A stretch of DNA of 64,000 nucleotides from positions 1-64,000 of the forward strand of contig JAZDJN010000012.1 of the NCBI GenBank assembly GCA_043803945.1, in the 5' to 3' direction. The notes under the pieces were generated by a model. That model was not told the origin of the DNA and did not search any database. It saw nothing but the letters and a program-made list of their open reading frames with translations. Both the position numbers and the translations under genes were made by a program. Source of the stretch: a bacterium. GTDB taxonomy: Bacteria; Bacteroidota; Ignavibacteria; UBA10030. Positions 38,114 through 47,917 of this stretch are shown piece by piece (positions within the stretch are counted from its first letter, which is position 1; each line of letters begins with the position of its first letter).

Positions 38114-39010
38114 CTAACGGTTGTAGAGGTACTTATCGTGACTCGAAGAGAAATCTTTGGGTAATTTCTTTATTTCTTCCTCAGGGATATCTGCCACAAG
38201 AGACAGAAGCTCATCAACAATAGACGGCGCTTCTATACTGAGTTGATTTTCATCGCTTGTTTCCTCCAGTGAATCAACTCGCACAATCTTTTTCAATGTA
38301 CCATCTGGATTGAATTCGCCCCACCCTCTCACGCGAAGTTTCTTAGATCGATGTTCTTTAAGAGCAGTTGTCACCGTCTCTTCAGCCTCTACCGGAAACG
38401 CTACAGGGAAGTTTATACCCTCTCCTTTATAGAGTTGAAAACTATTATGGACTACATCCGCTGCTCCAACCATACCCACGATATCAACTATGTCTTCAAA
38501 GCTTTTTTCTGCAAACTTTAAGATACGAGCCCGAACCTCGGGAGTGTATTCAACAGCTTTCGATTTTGAAGGGTGAATATGGAGCTTTTCATTCTCTCGC
38601 AGTGTCGAGCCGAGCTTACCAAAAAGTGGGATAATGTTCTTCGGTAAATTTTCCGGTAGCGGCGAATCTTGTTGGAGGCATTCTATGGTTCTCCCCGTCA
38701 ACTCAACAGCTTCCACGACCGGTTCCTCTTCAAATACTTCTAATTGTACACCATCTTCAAAATAGGCTTCTAATGGAAGTACTGCGCTTCCATCACCGAT
38801 ATGCGTAAAACGAAGGATTGTTCTCTGCTCGAAGTTGCGAGGTATTCTTTCTCGCTCTGGATGTTTTCTCTTATACAATTCAACAGCAGTCTTGGTAACG
38901 AGGCTTTGATATTCGATTAGCTCTGATAGCACATCAAGTGTGAGGGCGTGACCTTCGAATCTCTGACCTTCCAGCCTTAGCTCAACTATTTCTATCCATT
39001 TGCCAGCCAT
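38114..39010 (-). CDS. Hypothetical protein with an antitoxin-like C-terminus
   Basis: Ends IPEEEIKKLPKDFSSSHDKYLY, as in PIN-linked antitoxins; 5 bp upstream of the PIN gene. Confidence 0.6.
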   Translation of the reverse strand: MAGKWIEIVELRLEGQRFEGHALTLDVLSELIEYQSLVTKTAVELYKRKHPERERIPRNFEQRTILRFTHIGDGSAVLPLEAYFEDGVQLEVFEEEPVVEAVELTGRTIECLQQDSPLPENLPKNIIPLFGKLGSTLRENEKLHIHPSKSKAVEYTPEVRARILKFAEKSFEDIVDIVGMVGAADVVHNSFQLYKGEGINFPVAFPVEAEETVTTALKEHRSKKLRVRGWGEFNPDGTLKKIVRVDSLEETSDENQLSIEAPSIVDELLSLVADIPEEEIKKLPKDFSSSHDKYLYNR

Positions 39011-39289
39011 CGAAATAAACCCTGAAGTATCATTTAGGAAGGATATTCATGTTCAAATGAATCAGTGCAACTTGACGCTGTTAATATTAGGTAATCGAGA
39101 GTGTAAAAGCAACCGCTAACCCTGGACCGGATTGATTCATAATAAGAAGGAGAATGGGAGGCAGAATCGGCCCGACTTAGAATAAAAACATCTTATATTT
39201 ACAGCCATTTTAACGTCTTTCTTCTTTCATCTTACTGATTCAGGTCGGGAGGAGACCTCCCTCCCAGCATTGATAATTAGAAAGTCTTC

Positions 39290-39458
39290 CATTTCCCGTT
39301 TCCGCCTCCTCTCTTAATGTCGTCTGCTCTCTACGATCTGTAGTCTGACGTCTGCAGTCTGTCTTCTGCCATCTGCAATCTGCCATTACCAATCCCCCCA
39401 TCACTCCTTCTCCCACTCTCATACTCTTATACACTCTTACCCTCTTACGCTCATACCC
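39290..39458. repeat. Mosaic of 7-mer then 8-mer periodic repeats (pyrimidine-rich)
   Basis: tctgccatctgcaatctgcc...actctcatactcttatacactcttaccctcttacg. Confidence 0.6.
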
Positions 39459-40088
39459 TCAAATCTTTTTCCACTCTTGCCTAAACACAAACACTCCGCT
39501 CTGCCATATCTCTTCCGGCGATGTGTTTGATGGATGTGTTGGAGTTGTGAGAATTTCCTTGCCAATGTTTTGATAGCACAGACGTACGAATGTTGCACAT
39601 TGAATGGCATGCTTCATATCGAAAATATTTTTCTTCGATAAGGCCTTTGTGAGTATCGCCCAGAGCGTGCCGAAGAGTTCACCGACCGGATACCGGTAGT
39701 GGTTCTCATCATACGCCAACTCGAGAGCTTTCCTTAACATTACCTCCTGCTCCTGCTGTGAAAGAGGTAATCCAAGCACACCGGCATAATCGAGATCGTC
39801 TCGGCACCACTTCACGATGCGGCTCTCCATCAAACCGTTCTTCACCTCCCAGTCCTTGACGCTCACGTGAAGGTCGCTCTCGAAGATATAGATGCCGCCG
39901 TCACCGCGACCGTCATCGCGGCACGGTCCCATTATAAAGACATGGTTAAACTTCGACGGTTTCTTATCCGGTGTTATACCGCTCTGCGCTTCACGGATAA
40001 GCTTATAGACCGGGTCTGAGGATCCAATAAGACAGATACGTCCCGGCGCATAATGCTGCCGGAAGAAGTTGAGGACTTGTGTGTTCAT
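39459..40088 (-). CDS. Permuted papain-like (NlpC/P60, YaeF/YiiX-like) protein
   Basis: PGRICL, FNHVFI (His before Cys), FES, QCATFV, SPEEI. Confidence 0.7.
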   Translation of the reverse strand: MNTQVLNFFRQHYAPGRICLIGSSDPVYKLIREAQSGITPDKKPSKFNHVFIMGPCRDDGRGDGGIYIFESDLHVSVKDWEVKNGLMESRIVKWCRDDLDYAGVLGLPLSQQEQEVMLRKALELAYDENHYRYPVGELFGTLWAILTKALSKKNIFDMKHAIQCATFVRLCYQNIGKEILTTPTHPSNTSPEEIWQSGVFVFRQEWKKI

Positions 40089-40127
40089 AGAGTTGCTCCT
40101 TCTGTTATAGAAATCAATCAGTCTCGA

Positions 40128-40678
40128 TGCACCCTTCGACTTCGTCCCGACTCATCAAGATGAATCGGGACTGCGCTCAGGGTGACAGGATTAAGTTTTC
40201 AAAGATAATAGTCAGTCTGAGCGCAGTGAGTGCTTTCTACGAACGAAGTCGATGACCGCTGTGAGGAAATAATGCATTTTGCATCCTTCGACTTCTCTCG
40301 TCCCGACAGGTCGAGCCGAGCTGCCTGCCCGCCAATTTGTGAGCAAGAATGGCAGGCGAGCGCTCAGGGTGACAGGATTAAGTTTTCAAAGATAATAGTC
40401 AGTCTGAGCGCAGTGAGTGCTTTTTACGAACGAAGTCGAAGACTGCGGATAGGAAATAATTCATTTTGCATCCTTCGACTCTATCCTGATTCATCGAAAT
40501 GAACCGGAATTGCGCTCAGGATGACTGGAGTTTTTAAAGTAAGAACCATAGTCAGTCTGAGCGCAGTGAGTGCTTTCTACGAACGAAGTCGAAGACTGTG
40601 GATAGGAAATAATTCATTTTGCATCCTTCGACTCCATCCCGATTCATCGAAATGAACCGGGATTGCGCTCAGGATGAC
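40128..40678. repeat. Tandem array of about 3.5 REP-like palindromic units (150-190 bp)
   Basis: Repeated gca.ccttcgac...gcgctcagg.tgac and gtcagtctgagcgcagtgagtgcttt.tacgaacgaagtcga. Confidence 0.9.
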
Positions 40679-40986
40679 TCTCTCTTTTTTCGTCTTTCAA
40701 CCATTTCCTTTGATTGGGCAAGTTCATGGATCAGATCAAAGTCTCCTTTTATCAGTGCTTCCTTCTTTTTCCGCGACCAGCCTTTGATTTGCCTCTCCGC
40801 GCATATTGCCTGGTAGATATCCGGAAATTCGTCCGACCAAACCAGCTTGACAGGTCGACGCCTCGAAGTGTAGCCTTCATAGATTCCTAATTCATGCGCA
40901 CTTATTCGCGTCTCCGGCTGAGTCGTACATCCGGTGTAATATGAGCCATCAGAGCATTCGAGTATGTACACCCAGGCTTTCTTCAC
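40669..40986 (-). CDS. GIY-YIG nuclease (YhbQ-like)
   Basis: WVYILECSDGSYYTG, RISAH, YT, ERQIKGWSRKKK. Confidence 0.9.
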   Translation of the reverse strand: MKKAWVYILECSDGSYYTGCTTQPETRISAHELGIYEGYTSRRRPVKLVWSDEFPDIYQAICAERQIKGWSRKKKEALIKGDFDLIHELAQSKEMVERRKKRESS

Positions 40987-41122
40987 ATCTATTGTTCCTG
41001 ACCATCACCATCACAAGCGATGACTTTTTTGAAATCATTGTCTATGTTTCAACGGAGGTTATTATGATATTCATTTTTTGCTTCAACGTGTGAAATCAGT
41101 GTAATCAGTGAAATCAGCGTAA

Positions 41123-42685
41123 TCAGCGGTCATAGTTTTCCATAAACGCCTTCCGTATATGCGCCACCGCCGTATTCACACGCCACTTGAATTGATTCTC
41201 CCAGCACAGCCGCGGATTGCGATTCTTCTCCTTGTAGAGCACATTGCTGGCTTTGATCTCCTTTTTATCAACTGCAATTTCGTTGTGGTGAGGCAATGTC
41301 CATCGCTTCGGAAAGTCCTCCTTCTCCTCCATGCCTTCCGGGATATTGATCGCCGCTTCGATCGCTCCATCCGGAACACCTCGATTGATAATCTTCCAGA
41401 TCGTATCGGAATCTCCCTTCTGCGCATACCGCCCGGAGATCACTTCACCTTCCCACATTGCGGGGATATCAGTCTTCGGTACCGTGTTCTTCGCATTCAC
41501 CGAAAAGGAGGGAGATGTAAGATCGAATGTTGCGTCTTTTATATACACCGGCAGGTTCGCAAAACACCCGCTCCTGTTGTTTGGATCGTACAGCATCGCT
41601 CGTTCATCCTTGCCTGCCCCTGGATTTTCGATACGCGCAAAGTGGCAGTATGATGTATGTGCATAAAAATCGGCAATAGCATGGGCAGCGTATGCAAATG
41701 CCTCGATGTTATTGTTATCCTTTTTAAACACGTCCAATCTCTCCTGGATTTGCTGCCACCCCTCATTGATATATCCATTATCAAAGTGATCGAAGGGATG
41801 ATACGAACGCACGTCGATCTTATCGAAAATCGCAACAGCATGGACGAAATATTTCTTCAATTTTTCCTTGATCACGTCGGGCGCAATATCTTTAAGTGCC
41901 CGCTCTAAAAGGATGATCTCGTGCCACTCTCCGGCAAATTTTGGATTAATGCGACGCCATTGCTTTTTCAGAGTAAACGAAGAAGTCGAGGTGTTATCGT
42001 CGTGAAGCACCGACCAGACATGCCGATCGTTGAAGACATAAAATGGAACGTACTCAACAATCCGTTTCCGGGGAATTCGCCGTTGCCCGACTTGCTTTCC
42101 ACGCGCTTTCGGAATCACCGGTTTCAGTAACGGCTCTATCAATCGCCATTTGCCAATTTCGGTTTTATACATTACCCACATATGATCGTACTCCTCAGGC
42201 TTCGCCTTGCCAACGGTGTCCCGTACTTTTCCAAGAACAAGCCGGATATTATATCCACTTATCCCGCCCGCAAGCATGAGCGATGCAATAACGAATGAAA
42301 TATCTTCGCAGTCGCCAGTTTTCAGTGCGAGAGTTTCGTCCGGAAATTGCCATGCATCGCGTCCCCGAGCACTCTTATACCTTATAGTCTCTGAGATATA
42401 TGCCCAAATAATATTAGCCCGATAATCGAAGCTCCCCGATCTACGCTCGAGAAACTGATTCCAGTCGCCCCCATGTTTCTGAACATAGGCTTTGATGTTT
42501 TCGAACAGCTCCCGATGAAGCACGGTATTGTTTTCATGAACGAGAAATTCCCGCACGTCAATATCATACTCCTTGTCCGAGCCAACGGCAGGCCTTGAGG
42601 ATGGCACAATAGCATCGTGCAATATGACATCACCATCCCAGTTCCATTTGGTGATCCCTTTGATGTTTGAATACTTGAGGCACAT
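41123..42685 (-). CDS. Transglutaminase-like domain fused to a HET-C/Zn-phospholipase-like domain
   Basis: WQFPDETL..GDCED, HMWV, IEP; HFDN, HAIADFYAHTS. Confidence 0.75.
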   Translation of the reverse strand: MCLKYSNIKGITKWNWDGDVILHDAIVPSSRPAVGSDKEYDIDVREFLVHENNTVLHRELFENIKAYVQKHGGDWNQFLERRSGSFDYRANIIWAYISETIRYKSARGRDAWQFPDETLALKTGDCEDISFVIASLMLAGGISGYNIRLVLGKVRDTVGKAKPEEYDHMWVMYKTEIGKWRLIEPLLKPVIPKARGKQVGQRRIPRKRIVEYVPFYVFNDRHVWSVLHDDNTSTSSFTLKKQWRRINPKFAGEWHEIILLERALKDIAPDVIKEKLKKYFVHAVAIFDKIDVRSYHPFDHFDNGYINEGWQQIQERLDVFKKDNNNIEAFAYAAHAIADFYAHTSYCHFARIENPGAGKDERAMLYDPNNRSGCFANLPVYIKDATFDLTSPSFSVNAKNTVPKTDIPAMWEGEVISGRYAQKGDSDTIWKIINRGVPDGAIEAAINIPEGMEEKEDFPKRWTLPHHNEIAVDKKEIKASNVLYKEKNRNPRLCWENQFKWRVNTAVAHIRKAFMENYDR

Positions 42686-42730
42686 AGATTATCCTTTCAA
42701 GGCTGTAACTCCTTAGTTGATAAAAGATTG

Positions 42731-42860
42731 AACACTGATGACGCAGAAGAATACAAGATTACCACAAAAACATTGTTGTATTGATGGAAGAAGTATATTC
42801 AGAATTATTCATTAAGCTTCATCTGTGATTATCAGTGATTTTCTTGTGTTATCTGTGTTC
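42731..42860. repeat. Hairpin of inverted periodic arms
   Basis: aacactgatgacgcagaagaa ... ttcttgtgttatctgtgttc. Confidence 0.55.
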
Positions 42861-42906
42861 TATTCTTGATGTTCCGTATGTGGAAAATTGTATGTTGAGC
42901 AGAAAC

Positions 42907-44112
42907 TCAAGACCCTGAAAATATTTTCAACAACTTTGCTATGCTCTGGTTGACCTCTTTCGAAGCTGTCTGATTTTGCTGCTGCAACCAGGTCTTGATC
43001 CGCTGCTTTATTGCCGTATTTGAGTTGTAGGCAAATCCCTCAACAACCTGAAGGAGCAGTTTTTTTGAGAGATCGTTCTTTGCAGGTTGATAGGATCGAA
43101 ACACATACGGCAGTACCCGTGCATCCTGAATCCTCCGCAGAAGAATTGTCATGGTCCGGTTCTCCGTTTCAACGCCGCTGGTAATATAGCCCACTGCTTT
43201 CTCATAAAATTTATCTGTCAAGATCACAGCATATGTTCCCGATGAGCTAAGCTGACCAACAGTCGAAAAATTCGCAAGCACTTGTGCATGGTTGATGGCA
43301 TCGATCCGGCGGTTCTGAAGAACGTCCTGTTTCAACTCTTCAGCAACCATCACCATATATTCATCACCAGCCCGGTCTAATTCTTTCTTCATGGACATCT
43401 GATTAATCGGATTTTTTGACTCCTTATATGCCTCATACACCCTTCGAGCAGAATCGAGAGAGAGTTTTGGTTTTGCCTGCGTTGTCGACTTTGTTTGCGC
43501 CCAGGCTGACGGTATCAGCCATGACGAAGCATAGCCCGGTTGTTCCGTCATCGCCGAGTCTTTCTCAGGCGGCACAACGAGGCTCAAACTGAGAAAATCG
43601 TTATCAACTTCCAGATGCGGTTTTAATGCAGGCGCATTGGCGATGAACATCGATGGATAAATATCTCTTTCGCACAACGTGGTGTAGATTCCTTTTTGTT
43701 GTGAGTACCTCACAAAGGCGAATGGGATGGGTGTATTGACCTCTGATCGTTTGAGCTTGATAAGCCACTCATACACGAATCGTTGCGAGTAGTGGTGTGT
43801 TGCCCGTTTGTGAACATAGACATTCTCACCAATGAGCTCGGTGTGCATCAGAGAATCCGGAAGCCCTCCACCATTGGGCGCTTTGATACAGCCGGTAATT
43901 TCAATTTCATCCGACACAACTGTCGGATTCCCTTGCGGTCCGACTGTCCAATACAATGTCCACACGATACCGAAAGAGACCAATCCAACCATAATAAAAT
44001 ACACGATGATTTGTACCCACCGGGGCATCTTTCTAAAGTTCGCGACAACGACCCTGTCAAGTATAGTCTGTAATAAACCACCGACTCCCGTTGGTTGTTT
44101 TTCCTTTCCCAT
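42907..44112 (-). CDS. Membrane-anchored protein with C-terminal helical/HEAT-like region
   Basis: One TM near the N-terminus; AAGGAGG RBS. Confidence 0.7.
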   Translation of the reverse strand: MGKEKQPTGVGGLLQTILDRVVVANFRKMPRWVQIIVYFIMVGLVSFGIVWTLYWTVGPQGNPTVVSDEIEITGCIKAPNGGGLPDSLMHTELIGENVYVHKRATHHYSQRFVYEWLIKLKRSEVNTPIPFAFVRYSQQKGIYTTLCERDIYPSMFIANAPALKPHLEVDNDFLSLSLVVPPEKDSAMTEQPGYASSWLIPSAWAQTKSTTQAKPKLSLDSARRVYEAYKESKNPINQMSMKKELDRAGDEYMVMVAEELKQDVLQNRRIDAINHAQVLANFSTVGQLSSSGTYAVILTDKFYEKAVGYITSGVETENRTMTILLRRIQDARVLPYVFRSYQPAKNDLSKKLLLQVVEGFAYNSNTAIKQRIKTWLQQQNQTASKEVNQSIAKLLKIFSGS

Positions 44113-44226
44113 AGTTGTTCCTCCTTATTGCGTTGATCCACTTATATGAAATTCAAACTACATCGTGATGTATCTATGAATGGTTTACTCCTCCAACAAT
44201 GGAATGAAGTATCCCCACCTTCTCTC

Positions 44227-45315
44227 TCATAGTTGGCTGATCATTTCAGGCAAACTCCAATGGACGGAAAACGATGTAGAGAGCGTCGATTGCTCGATGC
44301 CGCGCTTCTCAAATCCCAGACTAAATTCCACCCATGAGCTGCTGATGACATTCATCTCACCCCCCAGACTCACCAGTTGATATGATGATGAATTACTCAT
44401 CGACCTGATCTGCACCTCTCCGAACATTTTTAGCCGGTTCGATCCGGCGTAGAATCGGGCCGTCATGCCGAAGCTGCTCGAATCCATCCTTCCCGAAGCA
44501 TTGCGCTCGAGTGTACTAGAGAGGCCAAAGAGGAATTGCCCATACGAACCGATTGGCCAGGAAGCCGATAGCCATCCTGCATACTTGCCAACCCGCACAC
44601 CGCGAATAAGCGAGTCGGGTGAATGGTATTTCGCCGCAGTTCCCCATTCGATGACCGAAGCGTTCCAGAGACTATCCTTCCGCTCTGTCCGTAAGCGATC
44701 TACCAGATCTTCATACTTCTTCATCTGCTCAGATGAGTCCTTTTGTATCCGCCCGGATGAACCTGAGAAACCGGTATTGGTGGCACGAACGTCCTTAACG
44801 ATCTTCAGTGCTATGCCGGAGAGTTGCTCGAGATACTTCTGATCGCACCGCGGGTCGGCATCATCGAAGAGCGTCATCCGGAAACCGATCGATGCCTCGG
44901 TACCGCCGAGGTTATCATCCAACCGCCTGCTTGCCGCTGAAAACCGTAAGCGATAGAGAAAGGGAGATTCTCGATATTGCGAGAGCGTCAGCGACGATCC
45001 ATAGAGAATCATTGCCGGAGCAACCTCGACAGCAAATGTTTTCGGCAGGACTCCGCCCGATTGTGCAAATCCGGCAGCGAGTAACGCAACCTCCTGCATC
45101 GTTCCCGGCCTCAGAATATTCGAAGGATTATCGTCGAGAATCTTATAAGCGGGGGCATCGGGAACAGCAAGATTCATACGTGCTTCGGCAGTGCTCTTTT
45201 TCAGCCACTCACTTCCCGGATTTTGGGCGAGAACCGTGTACACACCACAGATTAATTCCGTCAGGATGAGTAAACCGATGACACAACCGCTCCTCTGCTG
45301 CTGTGTTGTAACCAT
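44227..45315 (-). CDS. Secreted protein, probable outer-membrane beta-barrel
   Basis: Signal ending VLA-Q; alternating beta-strand pattern in the C-terminal half; AAGGAG RBS. Confidence 0.6.
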   Translation of the reverse strand: MVTTQQQRSGCVIGLLILTELICGVYTVLAQNPGSEWLKKSTAEARMNLAVPDAPAYKILDDNPSNILRPGTMQEVALLAAGFAQSGGVLPKTFAVEVAPAMILYGSSLTLSQYRESPFLYRLRFSAASRRLDDNLGGTEASIGFRMTLFDDADPRCDQKYLEQLSGIALKIVKDVRATNTGFSGSSGRIQKDSSEQMKKYEDLVDRLRTERKDSLWNASVIEWGTAAKYHSPDSLIRGVRVGKYAGWLSASWPIGSYGQFLFGLSSTLERNASGRMDSSSFGMTARFYAGSNRLKMFGEVQIRSMSNSSSYQLVSLGGEMNVISSSWVEFSLGFEKRGIEQSTLSTSFSVHWSLPEMISQL

Positions 45316-45326
45316 AGCGTTCTCCT

Positions 45327-45704
45327 TTAACAAACAAGTTCAACAACTAATCGTATTTGAACCGACTTTGTATCGATGGTTCCTTCATCGTATTCCCTTC
45401 CTCGCTCTATTCCATCCTGAGAGATTACCATATCCACACGGTACCGTTCCCCCGGCTGCGGATTTGGTGCAAGAATACTTGCGAGACAATCGAGGAATTT
45501 TCCTTTGAGAGAATCCACCGGCTGAGGCAAAAAATATTTATCAGGAATCTGATCGGTGTTCACGCCTTCACCGATAAAAGTTTTGGTCTTTTGATCTCCA
45601 TTCCAGAGTTGAAGGGAATATGCTCCCACCTGAGCATAACTAAAAACGATTTCAACGGTCACAGGACCGGCGTTCGCGTTAAGTGTAATTTTATTGAGTG
45701 GCAT
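45327..45704 (-). CDS. Small beta-rich hypothetical protein
   Basis: 125-aa ORF in operon context. Confidence 0.6.
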   Translation of the reverse strand: MPLNKITLNANAGPVTVEIVFSYAQVGAYSLQLWNGDQKTKTFIGEGVNTDQIPDKYFLPQPVDSLKGKFLDCLASILAPNPQPGERYRVDMVISQDGIERGREYDEGTIDTKSVQIRLVVELVC

Positions 45705-45742
45705 TGCTTTTACCCTTTTTCTTTTAGATGTCTGTAAGAGAA

Positions 45743-46606
45743 TTATACTGCTTTCTGCCCCTGTGTTGCATCATTCGGCTGAGCTGGTGCAGACTGAGAG
45801 GGCTGAGTCGGTGTTTTAGGTGATGGCGATGACGATCCCACCATCACGGGACTGGGTGGAGACGATGGTTGTCCACCTCCTAGAATAGCCGTAATAACTT
45901 TATCGATTGCCTGGATAAAGAATCGTTCACTGAATCCGCCCAGAAATGCAACGAGCAAAAGCGGCGTCTTGTTAAGAATGTTTGTGTTTCCTTGGAGTGT
46001 AATGAATCCTGCCTGCACCACAAACACGAGCACGATCCCCATAATAGCGCCTATAGCGGGCTTCAGGAAGTACCAAATGGCAAACGATCCATCGAATGTC
46101 AGGTCGGTGGCGTGCTTGACAATCCCCCACCAGACAATGGTCGTTCCACCGAATAATCCGAGCCACAGATACTGGAACGAATCTTCTGGTACGAGCTTGA
46201 GAGAATGAACTCTGAAGGGCATCCACGCGACGAACATCTCAATCAAATAAAGGAGGATGATCCAAAATAAAGGAGCTACTGCGAGACGGAGACGCAACAA
46301 TTTAAGAGATTCACTGGTAATGGCTCTGTTCACCAGGACGCTCATCTCGGTGGTGTACTGCTGGGCGAGAAACCAATTCTTATCCACAGCGGCAATATAG
46401 GCTTGCTGTCTGAGAAGCATTAAACGCTTCCAAAAATCTTCATTTGAAGAAAATGACTGTGCACGTTTGGTGATCGAAGCGATCGTCTCTTCGAACTGTT
46501 CTTCGCGGAGCTTGCCGCTTACTTGTCGAATAAATTGTTCAACGCTGACATAGTCGGGCGGGACATCGGATCCCACAAAAAAGTTTTTCACTTGCTTCAT
46601 TTGCAT
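45743..46606 (-). CDS. 4-TM membrane protein (WYxxKP...GFSERF type) with Pro/Ser tail
   Basis: Hydrophobic segments; GLFGG, WYFLKPAIG, AFLGGFSERF. Confidence 0.7.
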   Translation of the reverse strand: MQMKQVKNFFVGSDVPPDYVSVEQFIRQVSGKLREEQFEETIASITKRAQSFSSNEDFWKRLMLLRQQAYIAAVDKNWFLAQQYTTEMSVLVNRAITSESLKLLRLRLAVAPLFWIILLYLIEMFVAWMPFRVHSLKLVPEDSFQYLWLGLFGGTTIVWWGIVKHATDLTFDGSFAIWYFLKPAIGAIMGIVLVFVVQAGFITLQGNTNILNKTPLLLVAFLGGFSERFFIQAIDKVITAILGGGQPSSPPSPVMVGSSSPSPKTPTQPSQSAPAQPNDATQGQKAV

Positions 46607-46798
46607 CGTAATATCCTTTCCTTATACAAGACCCTTGTTGGTTTTCATGAAAGTGTATCGATAACGAACTATTGCATGGCATGATCCTTTTTTTCATTTA
46701 ACCAATTGGGAGCATCTCCAGATTGTCAACGACAGGCGTTGGGACGATTGAAGATGCTCCCGTGAGTATGAAATGGGAAGAATGAGTTCTGGTCCTTG

Positions 46799-47713
46799 TT
46801 AGAATCCGAATTGCCCTGTAGCAACCCACTCATTCTTGAGCAGCGACCACCAATCGGTTGCCAATCCTTTCAAGACATAGTCATAGGGCAACCAACCATA
46901 CCCACTTTGCCCCCACGCTGTGCTCCATGAATTCCTTATAAGCAGTGCACCTGTGGTCTCAAGTCCACCTGGATTGGTGTTTTTAATCTTCATGGAATCG
47001 TCGTATCCTACAGCGACGATCGCGTGACCACCTGTAACCCGATCGGCTGGCGCAGGGAATGGAATCTTTCCGGTTGTGCCTGCCTGAGCAATCGAGTTGT
47101 AGACAGTGAAGCCGAAGATCGAAGGAAGCTTGGCTGCCAAATTCGTCTTAATTCTTTCGAGCAAGAGGGTTTGAGTTGTCCCAATCGGATCCAGGCGATA
47201 GTATGTGATGGCCTGATAATTCTGGGCAAAGGCATAGAGAAATGCCGATGGCTCCTTGTCATAATTTGCCACAACGTAGGGCCAATATTTTTCCGGCGGA
47301 ACGCCAAACAACACTAATGCACCCATGGTAGTCCGAAGAAATGCTCCGGTGTCTCCGGTCCAGTTGAGCAGATTTCTCGTAACTTTGTATAAGAAGAGGC
47401 GTGAGGCATCGATATGCGTCCCAAACGCACGCCGCTCGAAATATTCAACCATACCAACGCCCGCATGGGCTGTGCATGATCCAAGCCCATCCTGATCTTC
47501 TATCGCTGTACACCAGGGCCGCAAATCGGCCGATGGTGGCAGTGCAGCCGATGGCTTATCAATTCCAATTTTTCCGAGCATCTGTTTGATAGAATCCGTT
47601 TGACCTACCGATTTCAATTTGAGCGAAACTTCATGTTGTTCCATGGAATAATCCCGGAGGTCAGGATAGTCTGGTAACCATCCCATACGATATTGTTCTT
47701 GTACGTCTGACAT
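46799..47713 (-). CDS. C1 family (papain-like) cysteine protease
   Basis: GWLPD, DQDGLGSCTAHA, GGHAIVAVGYDD, IRNSWSTAWG. Confidence 0.93.
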   Translation of the reverse strand: MSDVQEQYRMGWLPDYPDLRDYSMEQHEVSLKLKSVGQTDSIKQMLGKIGIDKPSAALPPSADLRPWCTAIEDQDGLGSCTAHAGVGMVEYFERRAFGTHIDASRLFLYKVTRNLLNWTGDTGAFLRTTMGALVLFGVPPEKYWPYVVANYDKEPSAFLYAFAQNYQAITYYRLDPIGTTQTLLLERIKTNLAAKLPSIFGFTVYNSIAQAGTTGKIPFPAPADRVTGGHAIVAVGYDDSMKIKNTNPGGLETTGALLIRNSWSTAWGQSGYGWLPYDYVLKGLATDWWSLLKNEWVATGQFGF

Positions 47714-47917
47714 TGTTGTTCCTCCCTTCGAGGAAGTGATACAAGTGTTAAGATGGAAATCGAATGAGGTCTTTGTTCAAACCTCATGCCGGTAGAAGTA
47801 GCTATCTCATAGTTCTCATCACCTCCTGTTCGATGACAATGCACTGTCGAGTTCATTGTTCCGCATTGCATTTCCTAACCTTGACTGCTCTTTTGAGAAG
47901 CAGACAGGGATCATGAA

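Noticed and set aside
40128-40678. CRISPR array
   Set aside because: Units are 150-190 bp, alternate in orientation, have similar rather than unique spacers, and no cas genes are present
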